A stretch of DNA of 64,000 bases from Octopus bimaculoides (GCF_001194135.2 NC_069001.1:32679539-32743538); one strand, 5' to 3'; numbered from the stretch's first letter, positions 1 through 11,778 are shown. Translations and numbers: made by a program. Notes: generated from the letters alone by a model not told the origin.

Positions 1-396
1 CAGCTCTTCAAGAACTGAAAACAAAAAACGACGAGAAATTCGGTGAGAATTGAGACCTTTGCCAAAGTTATCTTTAACTCTATCTTATTTAAGTAAAACA
101 AAATTTTATCCTCCTCTTTCTTTTCATCCTGTTTATGATTGTATTTGTATGTTTATGTTATTTACATGTCATTTATACACCACGTCTTCAATCGAAAATA
201 CCTCCAAAATTATTCAGTATTTATGTGCGCATGATTAGGAATTTTTAAAATTAAATTTAAATTTTAAAAAAAAGTTAAACATTGATTTCAGTTTTGTGTT
301 ACTTTGGTGTCTTATGTTGTTTAACCCTGAGTCAGTCCAGATTGACCAGAATGTTGATGAAAGGTAGCAAAGCCATACTGATTCGTCTTTGCTTAA

Positions 397-972
397 CCCA
401 TTAGCATTTAAACCAGCCATATTCTACCTGTTTTGTATTCAAAATGGCTAGATTTGGCCTCTCACACCTACCCTACGATGTCATTAAAAAAATAAACATT
501 CACATCATCAAAATCTTGAAGCTATGAGATAATGCATAATTAATTCAAAACAATGTGACTAAATCATCATCGTCGTTTAACATCCACTTTCCATGTTAGC
601 ATGGATTGGACGATTTGACTGAGGACTAGTGGACCAGGAGGCGACACCAGGCTCCGATCTGATTTGGCAGAGTTTCTACAGATGGATTCCTTTCCTAATG
701 CCAACCACTCCGAGAGTGTAGTAGGCGTTTTACGTGCCACCGGCACGAGGGCTAGTCAGGTGGTACTGGCGACGGCCATGCTCGAAATGGTGTATTTTAC
801 GTGCCACCTGCACAGGAGCCAGTCCATTAGCACTGGCAACGATCTCACTCGAATGTCTTTTCACGTGTCACTGGCACAAGTGCCAGGGAGGCGACGTTGG
901 TAACGATCAACGGCCACGCTTGAAATGGTGTAAATAAGTATTACATTTGACAGTCATCAGAATGCGAAAGGG
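397..972 (+). mobile_element. piggyBac-like MITE (family M1) with a nested SINE
   Basis: TTAA at 393-396 and 973-976; termini CCCATTAGCATT / AATGCGAAAGGG; body matches the uninterrupted copy at 47491-47702. Confidence 0.8.
565..930 (-). mobile_element. (GAT)n-tailed SINE-like repeat (family C) inserted into the MITE
   Basis: catcatcgtcgtttaacatcc... tail and ggatNcctt(t/c)ctaatgccaacc core shared with many copies; flanked by TAAAT direct repeats at 560-564 and 931-935. Confidence 0.75.
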
Positions 973-1134
973 TTAAAGTATAATATATAGATATTTACTG
1001 TGTGCTCTATGTTGATGTAATCCTTTGCCTCCTTGATTTTATAGTTTCATAACTCTATTCTGTTTATATTGGTCGGACTCCTGCCCTCATCTTGATTGTT
1101 ATTTTCACTACATTTTGGTTGTTTTACGCTTCAC

Positions 1135-1313
1135 CCTCCTCGTGTTTTGTGTTGAAATCAGTTGTTGTATCAGAATTTCGAATTCGACCCTTTATTTGAT
1201 CTACAGGGCTACAGAGAATGGAACGAGAACACTGTACTCCTGTAGATCAAATAAAGTGTAAGGACTGAAATTCAAACGCAACGACAGATTTCAACGCAAG
1301 ACACCCGAAGGAG
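1135..1313. repeat. Long fold-back (inverted repeat) element
   Basis: Perfect 18-bp arms at 1190-1207 and 1239-1256, with imperfect outer arms (gtgttttgtgttgaaatc / gatttcaacgcaagacac). Confidence 0.85.
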
Positions 1314-1359
1314 CCTAGAACATACAACTGCTGAAACATAGTGAAAGTTAGCAGTGATA

Positions 1360-1761
1360 GGCGTAGGAGTGGCTGTGTGGTAAGTAGCTTGCTTACCAAC
1401 CACATGGTTCCGGGTTCAGTCCCACTGCATGGCACCTTGGGCAAGTGTCTTCTACTATAGCCTCGGGCCAACCAAAGCCTTGTGAGTGGATTTGGTAGAC
1501 GGAAACTGAAAGAAGCCCGTCGTATATATGTATGTATATATATATATGTATGTGTGTGTCTGTTTGTCCCCCCAACATCGCTTGACAACCGATGCTGGTG
1601 TGTTTACGTCCCTGTAACTTAGCGGTTCGGCAAAAGGAGACCGATAGAATAAGTACTAGGCTTACAAAGAATAAGTCCTGGGGTCGATTTGCTCGACTAA
1701 AGGCGGTGCTCCAGCATGGCCACAGTCAAATGACTGAAACAAGTAAAAGAGAGTAAAGAGT
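1360..1761 (+). mobile_element. tRNA-derived SINE, family A, full length
   Basis: A-box-like tggctgtgtggtaag, B-box ggttcagtccc, CORE/MIR-like ccttgggcaagt segment, internal (TA/TG)n, 3' gactgaaacaagtaaaag; more than 15 related copies in the window. Confidence 0.88.
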
Positions 1762-1789
1762 CAAGATGAGGTTATCAATCCGATTAATA

Positions 1790-2335
1790 TAAACAGTAGA
1801 CATAATATAAATTCTCCATCTCAGGAATATAGAATTGTATTCTACCTTGTGCTACGTTTTCAGTTCACGTTTTGTTTCTATGGGATTCATTTTAAGACCT
1901 GCTGAGCTATGGGTATCCAGCTCTGTCAGCATGGTTCACAGATTATTTGTGGTCTCAGTGATGACTATGATGTCGTCTGCAAATTTGAGGTGTGTTAGTA
2001 GCTTGCCTTTGATATTCATTGCAAAGGCATAACCGAAATGAGGTAATTTGAGAATGAATCTGAGCAAACTGTGATCACAGAAGGCTGAAAGCACTGGATT
2101 GGATATACTGCAAGGTTAACAAGTAACAGGTGGACCTGTACAGTTACTTAGTTGTAGCCAAGAGATTGGAAAACACCACCTGGAAGGTCTCCACAAAATG
2201 GGAAGACAATTTAAAGGATTTGGGCTGAAATAGAAAAGAGTGATGTAATCAAGAAAGAATTGGATGTGCATTGTGACTGGCAGTATATAATAACTTCTAG
2301 TAGCCTGGTCATTAATATATCCCTTAAACATTATC
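1790..2335. mobile_element. Degenerate RTE-clade LINE fragment with internal inversion
   Basis: Minus strand ~1860-2040 reads NIKGKLLTHLKFADDIIVI...GLKMN (RT); plus strand ~2075-2250 reads KHWIGYTARLTSNRWTCTVT..PRDWKTPPGRSP (RTE C-terminus). Confidence 0.75.
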
Positions 2336-2379
2336 GCGGATACATATTTCCTTCCTTTAAGATCTTATGTGTGTCTTAC

Positions 2380-2680
2380 ATTGGTTTCAAATTTCGGCAC
2401 AAGGCAGCAATTCCTGGGAAGGAGTAAGTCAATTTACATCAACCCGACTGCTCTAAAATATTGATTTTAAATTTTGGCACAAGGCCAGCAATTGGAGGTG
2501 GGGTAAGTTGATTACATTGACCCCCCAGTGTTTAAGTGGTATTTATTTTGTTGGCCCCCAAAAGAATGAAAGGTAATGTGGGCCTTGGTGGAATTTGAAC
2601 CTAGGACATGAAGTCAAATGAAATGCTGCTAAGAGTTTTGCCTGGTGTGCTAATGATTCTGCCAGCTCATCACATTAAAT
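2380..2680 (-). mobile_element. tRNA-derived SINE family B (two partial copies)
   Basis: ggtttcaaattt(c/t)ggcacaagg tail and aatgaaaggNaa..gacc core shared with copies at 25575, 36.0-36.7 kb, 40090 and 51.9-52.3 kb. Confidence 0.7.
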
Positions 2681-2834
2681 GTGTCTATAATGTTAACATA
2701 ATTTAGAACAGACAACCAAACTTCACTGGATAAACAGAAATGTCTTTTAATATATTGACTCCCGAGCTACATTTCTCATTTTAATAGCACCACCATGTTT
2801 TTTTCACTATATCATGTGTGAGGTATGTATTATA

Positions 2835-3180
2835 TATCATTTATCATTTAATGTCCGTTCTTCCGTGCTGGCATGGGTCGGATGGGTTGACCAGGGCTGG
2901 TAAGCTGAGGGATTTACCAGACTCCAGCCTGACTTGCCACGATTTCTATGGCTGGATGCCCTTCCTAATGCCAACCACTTGGAGAGTGTAACCAGTGCTT
3001 TTACATGCCAGTTGCGTGACACCACTATCCATCACGACAACAATTTCACTTGGCTTGGTGGGTCGTCTACTCCAGCACGGCATATTGTCAAAGGTCTCAA
3101 TCGTTTGTCATTGCCTGTGAGGCCCAACATTCGAAAGGTGTTTTACGTGCCACCAGCATCAGCTATATGGATTTTTACTC
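2835..3180 (-). mobile_element. SINE-like repeat family C
   Basis: catttaatgtccgt..ccgtgctggcatggg and ggctggatgcccttcctaatgccaacc motifs. Confidence 0.75.
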
Positions 3181-3480
3181 ACTAGCCACTGGTGGGTTGT
3201 TTGGTATCTTCTGTTTTCATTATTATGTTTTTTGTTTTATTTATTTCATTTTACCACATTGCATGGTGAAACTCCGTATGATATAAATGAAAAAATTTAT
3301 AAAATTTGTTTTCACCCATGTTGTGTGTGTGTATACTTTTATTTGTCATTTGATGATAGCCAGGGATTTTCAGTCGAAGAAATCAACCCCAAGAATTATT
3401 CTTTGTAAGCCTAGTACTTATTCTATCAGCCTCTTTTGCCAAACCGCTAAGTTACAAGGACGTAAACACACCAACATTAG

Positions 3481-4960
3481 TGATGAACGACTCTTGGAAA
3501 GTGTTATCAAACTATGGAAGGAAAGCTGTGTGTTGGAAGAAATAAATTCCGTTCAACGGTGGGAAAACAGTTTTCATTTTTTCCTTAATTATGAAGCTCA
3601 GTTTAAAAGAGAATACAGTTCAGGTCACCCTTTCCTGAAAAAAAAGTCAACAACCAAACTGTAACCAACATTTATCATAAACCAAAAGACTTGAAGCAAT
3701 ATCGTGTTTAGTTCATGCTACCTGAACACATCAAAAGAAATATTCCCTTTAATTTAGTGAAAAGGATTTGTACAATAGTGTCTGATGGAAATACTTTGGA
3801 CCTCTGTCATCAAGACCTCAGAACAACACTGAGAGACACTATCCACCCTCACTTACAGATGATGGAATTAAACATGCCAAAAAAAAAAAAAAAAAAAAAA
3901 CAATGAAAAATCTTGCATCCTTAAGTCATCTACACGGAAAAGGCCTGACAGAAAAAGAAATAGATTATATCACCTACCTAAAATATACAAGAGCCAGATA
4001 ATTACTGAAGCCTGCAAACAATCAGCAGGTACATACATAAATATCCTAGCACCAGAACATTTTGAGTTGAGACCCATTATAACTGTCCCAGAATGTAAAA
4101 CCCACTGCCTAAGCAACTTTCTAGACATCCTACTGAAACCCTTGTTGAAATACATGGAAAGTTTCATGAGAGACAATCTAGATATGCCAAACCACTTGCC
4201 AAAATCAACTAATGAAAAGACACTAATGGTTTCCTTCAATGTTATTAATCTTTAAACCAAAATTCCACATGATTATGGAATAGAAGCAATAAAATTCTGG
4301 CTGGAAAAGTACCCCGAAGAACTTCGAGAAACAAAACCAAACACCACACCTCATCTTAAAATACTACCAGATATATCAACTAACAACCCTAGAAACGATG
4401 AGGCATACAATACCAATGTACAAAATCTACCAATGCCTTCTATGGATCTAGAAATGAACTACATTCTTAAAACACAAATCCATCAAATGTAAAAAGCAAC
4501 CCAAATCGTTTACTGGTAAATACAAAGCTATACACAACAACCATGAAACCAATGGTTGAAAAATGTGGACGTCCAAACTGTGGAACATGCCCCAACCTAC
4601 TGGAAGGCTCAGAATTCCACTTCAAACAAGGAGAGAGGTTCACATTTAAGAGCAACTTCACTTGTACATTTGAGAATTTAATTTGTTATAACTTGTTCAG
4701 ATTGTGGACACAACTATATCGGACAGAAAAGTATGTTACTTAGATGGAGAACCACACTGCATAAGGAAGAGATCGGTTTCCCAAAATATAGACAGGTACC
4801 TTTCAATGAACACAGATAGATGTGCAAGGAATCTCCAACCAAATTTCAGTTTTCCCCATCTACCAGTGCAAAGAAACAATTACTGTACAAGAATATTTAA
4901 ATAAAGAAAATTTATTTATCGAAAAATACAGAACATGCCTAAATATGAACACAATCAACT
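3481..4960 (+). mobile_element. Penelope-like retroelement remnant (RT + GIY-YIG endonuclease), frameshifted and rearranged
   Basis: NIYHKPKDLKQY, PEHIKRNIPFNLVKRICTIVSD, RPII..CKTHCLSNFLDILLKPLL, KCGRPNCGTC and VITCSDCGHNYIGQ (YIG at 4715-4723); stops and frameshifts throughout. Confidence 0.88.
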
Positions 4961-6604
4961 GTGGTCTCAGTATATTTTAAATCATGATCACATATCATTC
5001 ACTGTACATATTTCATCTCCCTACTTTAGCTCATGAGTTTTTGTTATGTTCATTTTATCTCACCCAAAATATGAGCAATTACACTCCGTCCCAAATAATA
5101 GCTACCACCAGTTACCTCCCCTTAAATTTTTGCACTTGTTGATTCATTCACAAACTTTCATACAAAAACATGGGCTGAAAAGTTCTTAAGAAAATATGAA
5201 ATCACAATTTCATTGTTGTGATTAGCGAAAGTGAAACCTGTAGACAACCACAATACTCTTTCATTTAAAATATATTAAAACTATGTAAATTGTGTGCATT
5301 TTCCCTCTTTTATTATGTATATATATATTTTTGCATTACAACTCACCAAAAGGGGATAATCGAAATTCTCTTCCTCTGTTTTCTTATATAATTTAAACAC
5401 GCTACAGGCTTCTTTCAGTTTCCGTCTACTAAATCCACTGACAAAGCTTTGGTTGCCCTGGGGCTATAGTAGAAGACACTTGCCGAAGGTGCCATGCAGG
5501 ACTGAACCCAAATCCTTGTGGCTGGTAAGCAAACTTCTTACCACACAGCCATGCTTGTGCCTATATACAAACACACAGGGTTATAGTGTCTGGTGTGAAT
5601 AGATATTATTCATGGCTAAACTAAAAATTGGTGCAATTGTCATTGATTGGAAAGGAATAGTATTTTATAAGATTTCCATTTTAGAAGTCACTGTTATAAA
5701 TATTACTGGAATTTTCATGAAGTGCTGTGACAAAAATCACAATATCTTTATACTTTACTGAATGCCTTTTATAGTTATTTATTTCAATTATAAATTTATC
5801 TGGTATTGATTGATTATTGGAATATAGATATGTAACTAGTATTTATTTTACAGTAGTAGCTGAACTCAAGAAATAGATAAGGCAATGAATTAGAGATTTA
5901 TTAAAAGAGGAAAAAATTAATCCTATCTGTCTACATTTTTTTGGTCTGTTTGACTAGAATATCAAATCAAAGATAAAGCATACAATGGTTACATCTGTAA
6001 GCTTAAGCATATACACACATACAAAGACATACATACACGTATATAGACATGCAGGTAAAAATAAAAACAAATTGATACTACTATATACATATATATACAT
6101 ACTACTATATACATACAACTACATACAAACATACATAGGAGAGAGAGGGGGGAGTGTATTTTATAATTAGATGCTTGGACTGTCATTCAAATTTATTTTG
6201 TTTGTTTAACTTTGAGAAATATCTTATTCTGTATATACTGTGAGAAAATACTTTGTACATGGCGAGTATGAGAAAATGAAATGAGATCAATTTACAAATA
6301 AAAACAAGAAAAATATATTCTTGACTATAAAACGTTTTTCTTAAAAACATAATAAGAAAGAGAAATAAAGATATGTTCAAAGAGTGTGTGTATGTGTTAA
6401 AACATGAATGATTAGATATATTTTTCGTGTGGAATTTATAACTTGTTTGAAGGAAATTTTGAAGACATCAGCTATGAATTAATACAAGTTATTGAAGAAA
6501 AGAAGTGATATTTAATGTCTTAAAATAGTAATAATTTTATGTAGGAGATGTAACAAGTTTGTAATTAGTGAAGTTGGTTGAATGCAGTGTCACAAAAACA
6601 ATGC

Positions 6605-6955
6605 TGTTTGTTAAAATGTATAAATTTCAAAGCAGGGTATATTGTAAACTTTAATGGTTTGAATAGATTTATTGTTGAAGAGGAGTAAATATTTTAAAGA
6701 AACAAATATATATGTTTATATATTATAACATATGTAAATATATATTTTATGTTTGTTAAAATATATAAATTTCAAACAGGCATATATTGTACGATTTAAT
6801 TACTTATATAGATTTCTGTTTTAAGATGATTAATATTATAAGGAAACATTTGTTAAAAGATATGTTAAAGTATATAAATATATATATTCATATATATTTT
6901 TTAAAGAGTGAAACAAATTTGAAAGGGGAATATATTGTATGCTTTGATGGTCTTT
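6605..6955. repeat. AT-rich degenerate tandem repeat (~145-bp period) downstream of the CHS stop
   Basis: tgtttgttaaaat(g/a)tataaatttcaaa..gg..tatattgta recurs at 6605 and 6750, and partially near 6850-6950. Confidence 0.65.
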
Positions 6956-7131
6956 TTCAATACCTAAACCCTTAATAGTAACCTTCTGAGCAACTTATGA
7001 ATTAGCGTTAGACTACTGAATGGAATCCTCCAACTACCTAGATTTCTATTTGAAGGTTAATGTTTAAAGAAACATAATGTATGATTAATGATAAAATATT
7101 ATGACAAATGATTTGTGCCAGTGAAAGTTGT

Positions 7132-8207
7132 CTATAAAGAGGTTTCTTTCAAGAACTGTTTTTCTGTAGTGGAATATGTTAAATTAGTTGCAAACAAAGA
7201 AAAATTGCTGGCTTGGCTTTGATAATTGGTATTTGTGTTGGATTTATTTGAATGAATATTATTCATAGCTTCTTTGACAGTTGCAAATATTTTTGGTTCA
7301 TTCCATTCAGTGGATTCTGGATTCCTTCTGTCGTGTTCTTCAATGATTTGTCGAGTAGCTGAGTCCCATTTTCCTATTTGCCTGTTGTTCTTTGTGTTTC
7401 GTTCAAGAACAGGAAGAGATATTACATGACGTCCAACTGATCTTCGTTTATATATTATCTGTTCCGATTCACATTTCACAAAAGTCCTGCTGGATATTCT
7501 GTAGAAATTCTCTTTAAAATGACCTTCTAAAGAATTACATGTTGTTTGGTTGTTGTCAAGGTGATTAACCCATTCCGGTTGTCTTTTATGTTCCCAGTTC
7601 AGATAATTGTCACTGCTTGGTTCCTGGTAGTCTTCTGTTGTTAGTATGGAATCGGAGTCAACTACTTGCTTATCCAGCCGTTGCATGTCATGGATCAATT
7701 GTAGAGTGTTAGTCTGTGCTTTCTTTTGCCATGGATGGCTGATGTTTAGGTCTATCGATGCTATGATATGGATAAGGGTCGACGCACGATGGAAAAGCAT
7801 TGCTAACATCTGGCAAACGAGTATCAACCCAAACACTATTACAAATATAACTGAGAGAGGTCGAACTTTATCGTAAGTAACATCTTTGAAATTACAAGAG
7901 ATCAAGAATGTCAACTTGTCGTTAGAAAGGCTGCTATTCTCAAGAGACAATACCAACAAGACGAAAGACATGTTAGTTAACAGGTACAATGTGGCCAGTT
8001 TATTCCGAAGTCTTTCCAGGCTGGATTTTTTTTGCTTCTGGGCTTCAGGATTACTTTTTAAAGGTAGTAGATATTTGCAAATGAAGTCCTTCCAAAACTT
8101 TGACTCTTGTAGTGAGATGTGAGCTATTTCACTTTGGCCGAGTACTTCATCATCACACCAGTGATTTGGATTGACAGTAATGTTAGGGTGGGCATTATTT
8201 TCAGTAC
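7132..8207 (-). CDS. CHS: Chitin synthase exon 14, last coding exon (TENNAHPN...FWKDFICKYLLPL...LRN...FHRASTLIHIIAS...KETSL*)
   Basis: ORF 7132..8226; acceptor ccaag at 8208; FWxxxIxKYLxPL, LRN and HRxxTxxH motifs; TAG at 7134-7132. Confidence 0.95.
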
Positions 8208-9307
8208 CTTGGCAAAAAGGAAACAAAAAAAATAATTAAAAATAAATTATAAATATTTATTATATAAATTTAGTAATTTAGCCATGTCATCTTCATTGTT
8301 TTAACTTCTATTTTTCAATGCTTGTATGGGTCAGTTGAGTCTACATTGTGGAAGAGTTTTGTATAGCTGGATACCCTACCTGATGACAAACCTCATATTT
8401 CCAAGCAAGGTTATAGCTATCAGGTGATGTCAAGATAAGGAGACACAAGCATGTGCATGCACACACACACTGTGCTTCTTTCAGTTTCCATTTAGCAAAT
8501 CCACTTACAAGGCTATAGTGGAAGATATCTGCCCAAGGTTCCATGCAGCAGAACTGATCTGTAACTATGTCGTTGGGAAACAAACTTCGAATAACCAAAG
8601 TGAATGCAGCTTGCTAAGAAATAGGAATTTCAGAAAACTGATGATGTTGCCTCTAGAAATAGCAGCTAAATTTACCTCGAACAACACCATGTCTTCTTAA
8701 AAATGACAGGACACATTGAACAATGTAGTCCTTGGTATACTTACAAAGAAGAGTTGGACAGGACTAGAATATGTATCATCATAGATCTGATCAGTCAAAG
8801 TTTGCCTGGGGGTAAACAACAATAGCCCCGCAATCTATATGGAATGTTGCTTCTCAAATCCCCTTAATTTTCAAGGATCTTAGAGAGAAAAGGTAGTGTC
8901 AAGGGCAAACAAAACTTGAACTCGGAAACATGTAGTATTGAAATATGGCTTCTTTACCCACTGTTCGAATCTTACATACAGTCTTGAAGTTAATTAACCC
9001 GTTTACTGAGGAAATCAGATATGTCCACTCAAAATTTCATTATCCTTAACTGTAGAAAGCACTTTTATACACCAGTCTACTTTTTGTTGAGGAATGTCAT
9101 ATTTGGAACTATTTTTTGTCAGTGCAGCTCCTATCAAACCGTCCAATCCATGCCAGCATGGAAAAGGGACATTAAATGATGATTATGTCAAGTTTATTAA
9201 AACAAATCTATTTTTTGGTAGATATTTAACATTATTACTGGAATAACCATGACATTTAATTTCGGAGATAAAGGATTAACAAAGGAAAAATCCGTTAAGT
9301 TACATAC

Positions 9308-9486
9308 CAATTTCTTGAAAGCCAACCGACTCCAATGTGCAAGATGGCCTTTCATGATTTTGTTGGTTTGTAAGTTTGTTTAGTTTGGATTCTAGTTCTT
9401 GGATGCGTGTCAAAATTTCTTGATGTTGAACATCGCATTGTTCTGGTGTGGATTTCTGGAAACATTTTCGAATGGCGTTGATGAAG
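9308..9486 (-). CDS. CHS: Chitin synthase exon 13 (FINAIRKCFQK...ILTRIQELESKLNKL...QEI), coiled-coil region
   Basis: Acceptor ccacag at 9487, donor G|GTATGT at 9307; phase 2 in and phase 1 out exactly bridge exons 12 and 14; heptad pattern expected after WGTRE. Confidence 0.88.
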
Positions 9487-9854
9487 CTGTGGACAGGACA
9501 TAAATAAGCTTTTGAAATATAAGCATTGTTTCAAAGTCCATTGTTTCATGCTTGCATGAAGAAGATGGAATTCATTTAAGCAGATTTTCTATGGCCAAAT
9601 GTCCTTCCTGAAGGCCAGAAATGTTCATTACAGAAGATTAGGTTGTTACACATCACTATGCTGCTGGTAAAAATGTTTGTTAATCAAACACTTACCTTTA
9701 TAAATTGTTCAAAATGAAAGTCTGTTGCATTGTCTAGATGTTGAAAGAGACAGAAACACACACATACATACAAAAAGTTGGCTCAAATATCTTGCGATAT
9801 TTGAGCCAACATCTTAATAATGATTAAGTAAATAAACTTTTCTTGCTAATGATT

Positions 9855-10188
9855 CTGCTTGCTTACCAACTACATGGTCCCAGGTTCAGTCCCACTGTGT
9901 GGCACCTTGGGCAAGTGTCTTCTCCTATAGCTTCAGGCCGACCAAAGCTTTGTGAGTGGATTTGGTAGACGGAAACTGGAAGAAGCCCATCATATATATA
10001 TATATGTCTGTGCTTGTCCCACCAGCATCATTTGACAACCGATGCTGGTGTGTTTATGTCCCTGTAACCTAGCGGTTCAGCAAAAGACACCAATAGAATA
10101 AGCTCTGGAGTCAATTTGCTCGACTATAAAGGTGGTGCTCCTGCATGGCCGCAGTCAAATGACTGAAACAAGTAAAAGAGTAAAAGAA
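9855..10188 (+). mobile_element. SINE family A in CHS intron 12
   Basis: Same head, internal (TA)n and 3' tail as 1360-1761. Confidence 0.85.
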
Positions 10189-10189
10189 T

Positions 10190-10388
10190 ATACCTGTTGA
10201 AATACACTAACTTTCTTTCAATTAATTTTGAAGATAATGAATTTAGTAAAATAATTTTGTCATTATTAACCTGGTGTTTGGGGCATTAATTAAACTAATG
10301 GAAGCTTTTAATTTAGATCACTTTAAAGCCTGAAGTTTCTATCAGAATCAGGGGTGCTCTCAGGTGTATTGGTAACCAAAGGATTAAT
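10190..10388 (-). mobile_element. piggyBac-like MITE family M2, one end missing
   Basis: Ends ggtaaccaaaggaTTAA; reverse complement aligns by eye with 16489-16711. Confidence 0.6.
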
Positions 10389-10420
10389 TATAACTTTTTA
10401 GATTAAAAAATAAAATGTAC

Positions 10421-10821
10421 CTTTGAAATTTCTTTCGAATTGTGTTACTCACTGGAGAAAGTGCTGAGAAAGAAACTCCACTCGAAGACACTTCATGGTT
10501 GCCATCAGCTGAAAGTACTTGCAAGTTTTGTTGCACCACTTCACGAGTACCCCAGGATACAATATGCAAATTTCCCATGGCATAGATTACCAAAATGATG
10601 GACATGGTTGGTACTGCCAAAAGGAACACAAGCCCTCCAAAGATAGCTGAAAACTCTTGCGGATGCAGTAGTGCAGCGGAAACAAATGCCATGAAGACCA
10701 AAGTTGCAAATATTGTTGTTGTTGAACAGAACAAGGAACCAGCAATTTCCAGACAGAGTCCTGCTAAGACAGTCATCATGACAACGGTGTAGATCATTGT
10801 TAAAATTATTGCAAAGTTCAG
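10421..10821 (-). CDS. CHS: Chitin synthase exon 12 (LNFAIILTMIY...HPQEF...NLHIVSWGTRE...KKFQ)
   Basis: ORF 10384..10797 extended to acceptor ctttcag at 10822; HPQE and SWGTRE motifs; donor AG|GTACAT at 10420. Confidence 0.93.
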
Positions 10822-11289
10822 CTGAAAGGAGAAGAGGGAACAGTAATGTACTCATTGCATCCATTGTCATTGAATGTCCACTTTTCCATGCTTGCATGGG
10901 TCAGACAAAATATATTGATGCAGATATGGTTGATTTTAATGCAAAATGGTTAAATAAGTCATTTGTTAGATCCTGTTGTCATTTCATTCTAACACTGAGT
11001 GAAATGACAGTAGAATCTATTTAAATGATTACACAATATTTCACCAATGTACTACAAGTGTAAAAACTTGTCAAAACAATTGTAATGATTTTTAAGTAAA
11101 GACTCATTTGTTCCATTTTCTGTCATTTATCTACGTATATGAACTCTACAGATACTATGGAATTCCTCATGCATATCCAGTGGCAGGACCAGTTTCCACT
11201 GTATGATGACATCAGGTAGCAAGTAACTGTAGACGAGATTTGCAGAGCATGCAAGGTTTTTACCTAAATTGTGTTTAACTGTATTTTGA

Positions 11290-11667
11290 TGCTAGTGCGA
11301 CTCACCTGCATCATCATCTGGCACAAGATTACCTCCTCTCAAAGATTCTTTGTTTTGCCAAGTTACTTAGTGACCCTGCCAGTGCAGGTGCCGATTAAAG
11401 AACACCCAAGTCCACATTGTAAAGTGGTTGGCATTTGGAAGGGCATCCAGCTGTAAAAAACCATGCCAAAACTGACCCCTGCCTGTGCGAGTGCCACGTA
11501 AAAAGCACTCAGCACACTCTATGGAGTGGATGGTGTTAGGAAGGGGCATCCAGCCATAAGAACCATGCTAAAACAGACACAGAAGCACAATGCAGGCTCT
11601 TGCCTGGCCACCTCCAGACAAACCACCCAACCCATGCCAGCATGGAAGAAGGACATTAAATGATGAT
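11290..11667 (+). mobile_element. SINE-like repeat family C
   Basis: ggaagggcatccagc...ccaacccatgccagcatgg...gacattaaatgatgatg. Confidence 0.75.
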
Positions 11668-11692
11668 GTGTGTGTGTGTGTGTTTATGTATG

Positions 11693-11728
<36 letters not shown>

Positions 11729-11778
11729 TACACACACATGCATTGTCAGGTATGGAAAGAACAGGTACAAGGACTTAC

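Noticed and set aside
3287-3664. 125-aa ORF as an independent gene
   Set aside because: Chimeric reading through a SINE fragment into the Penelope RT remnant.
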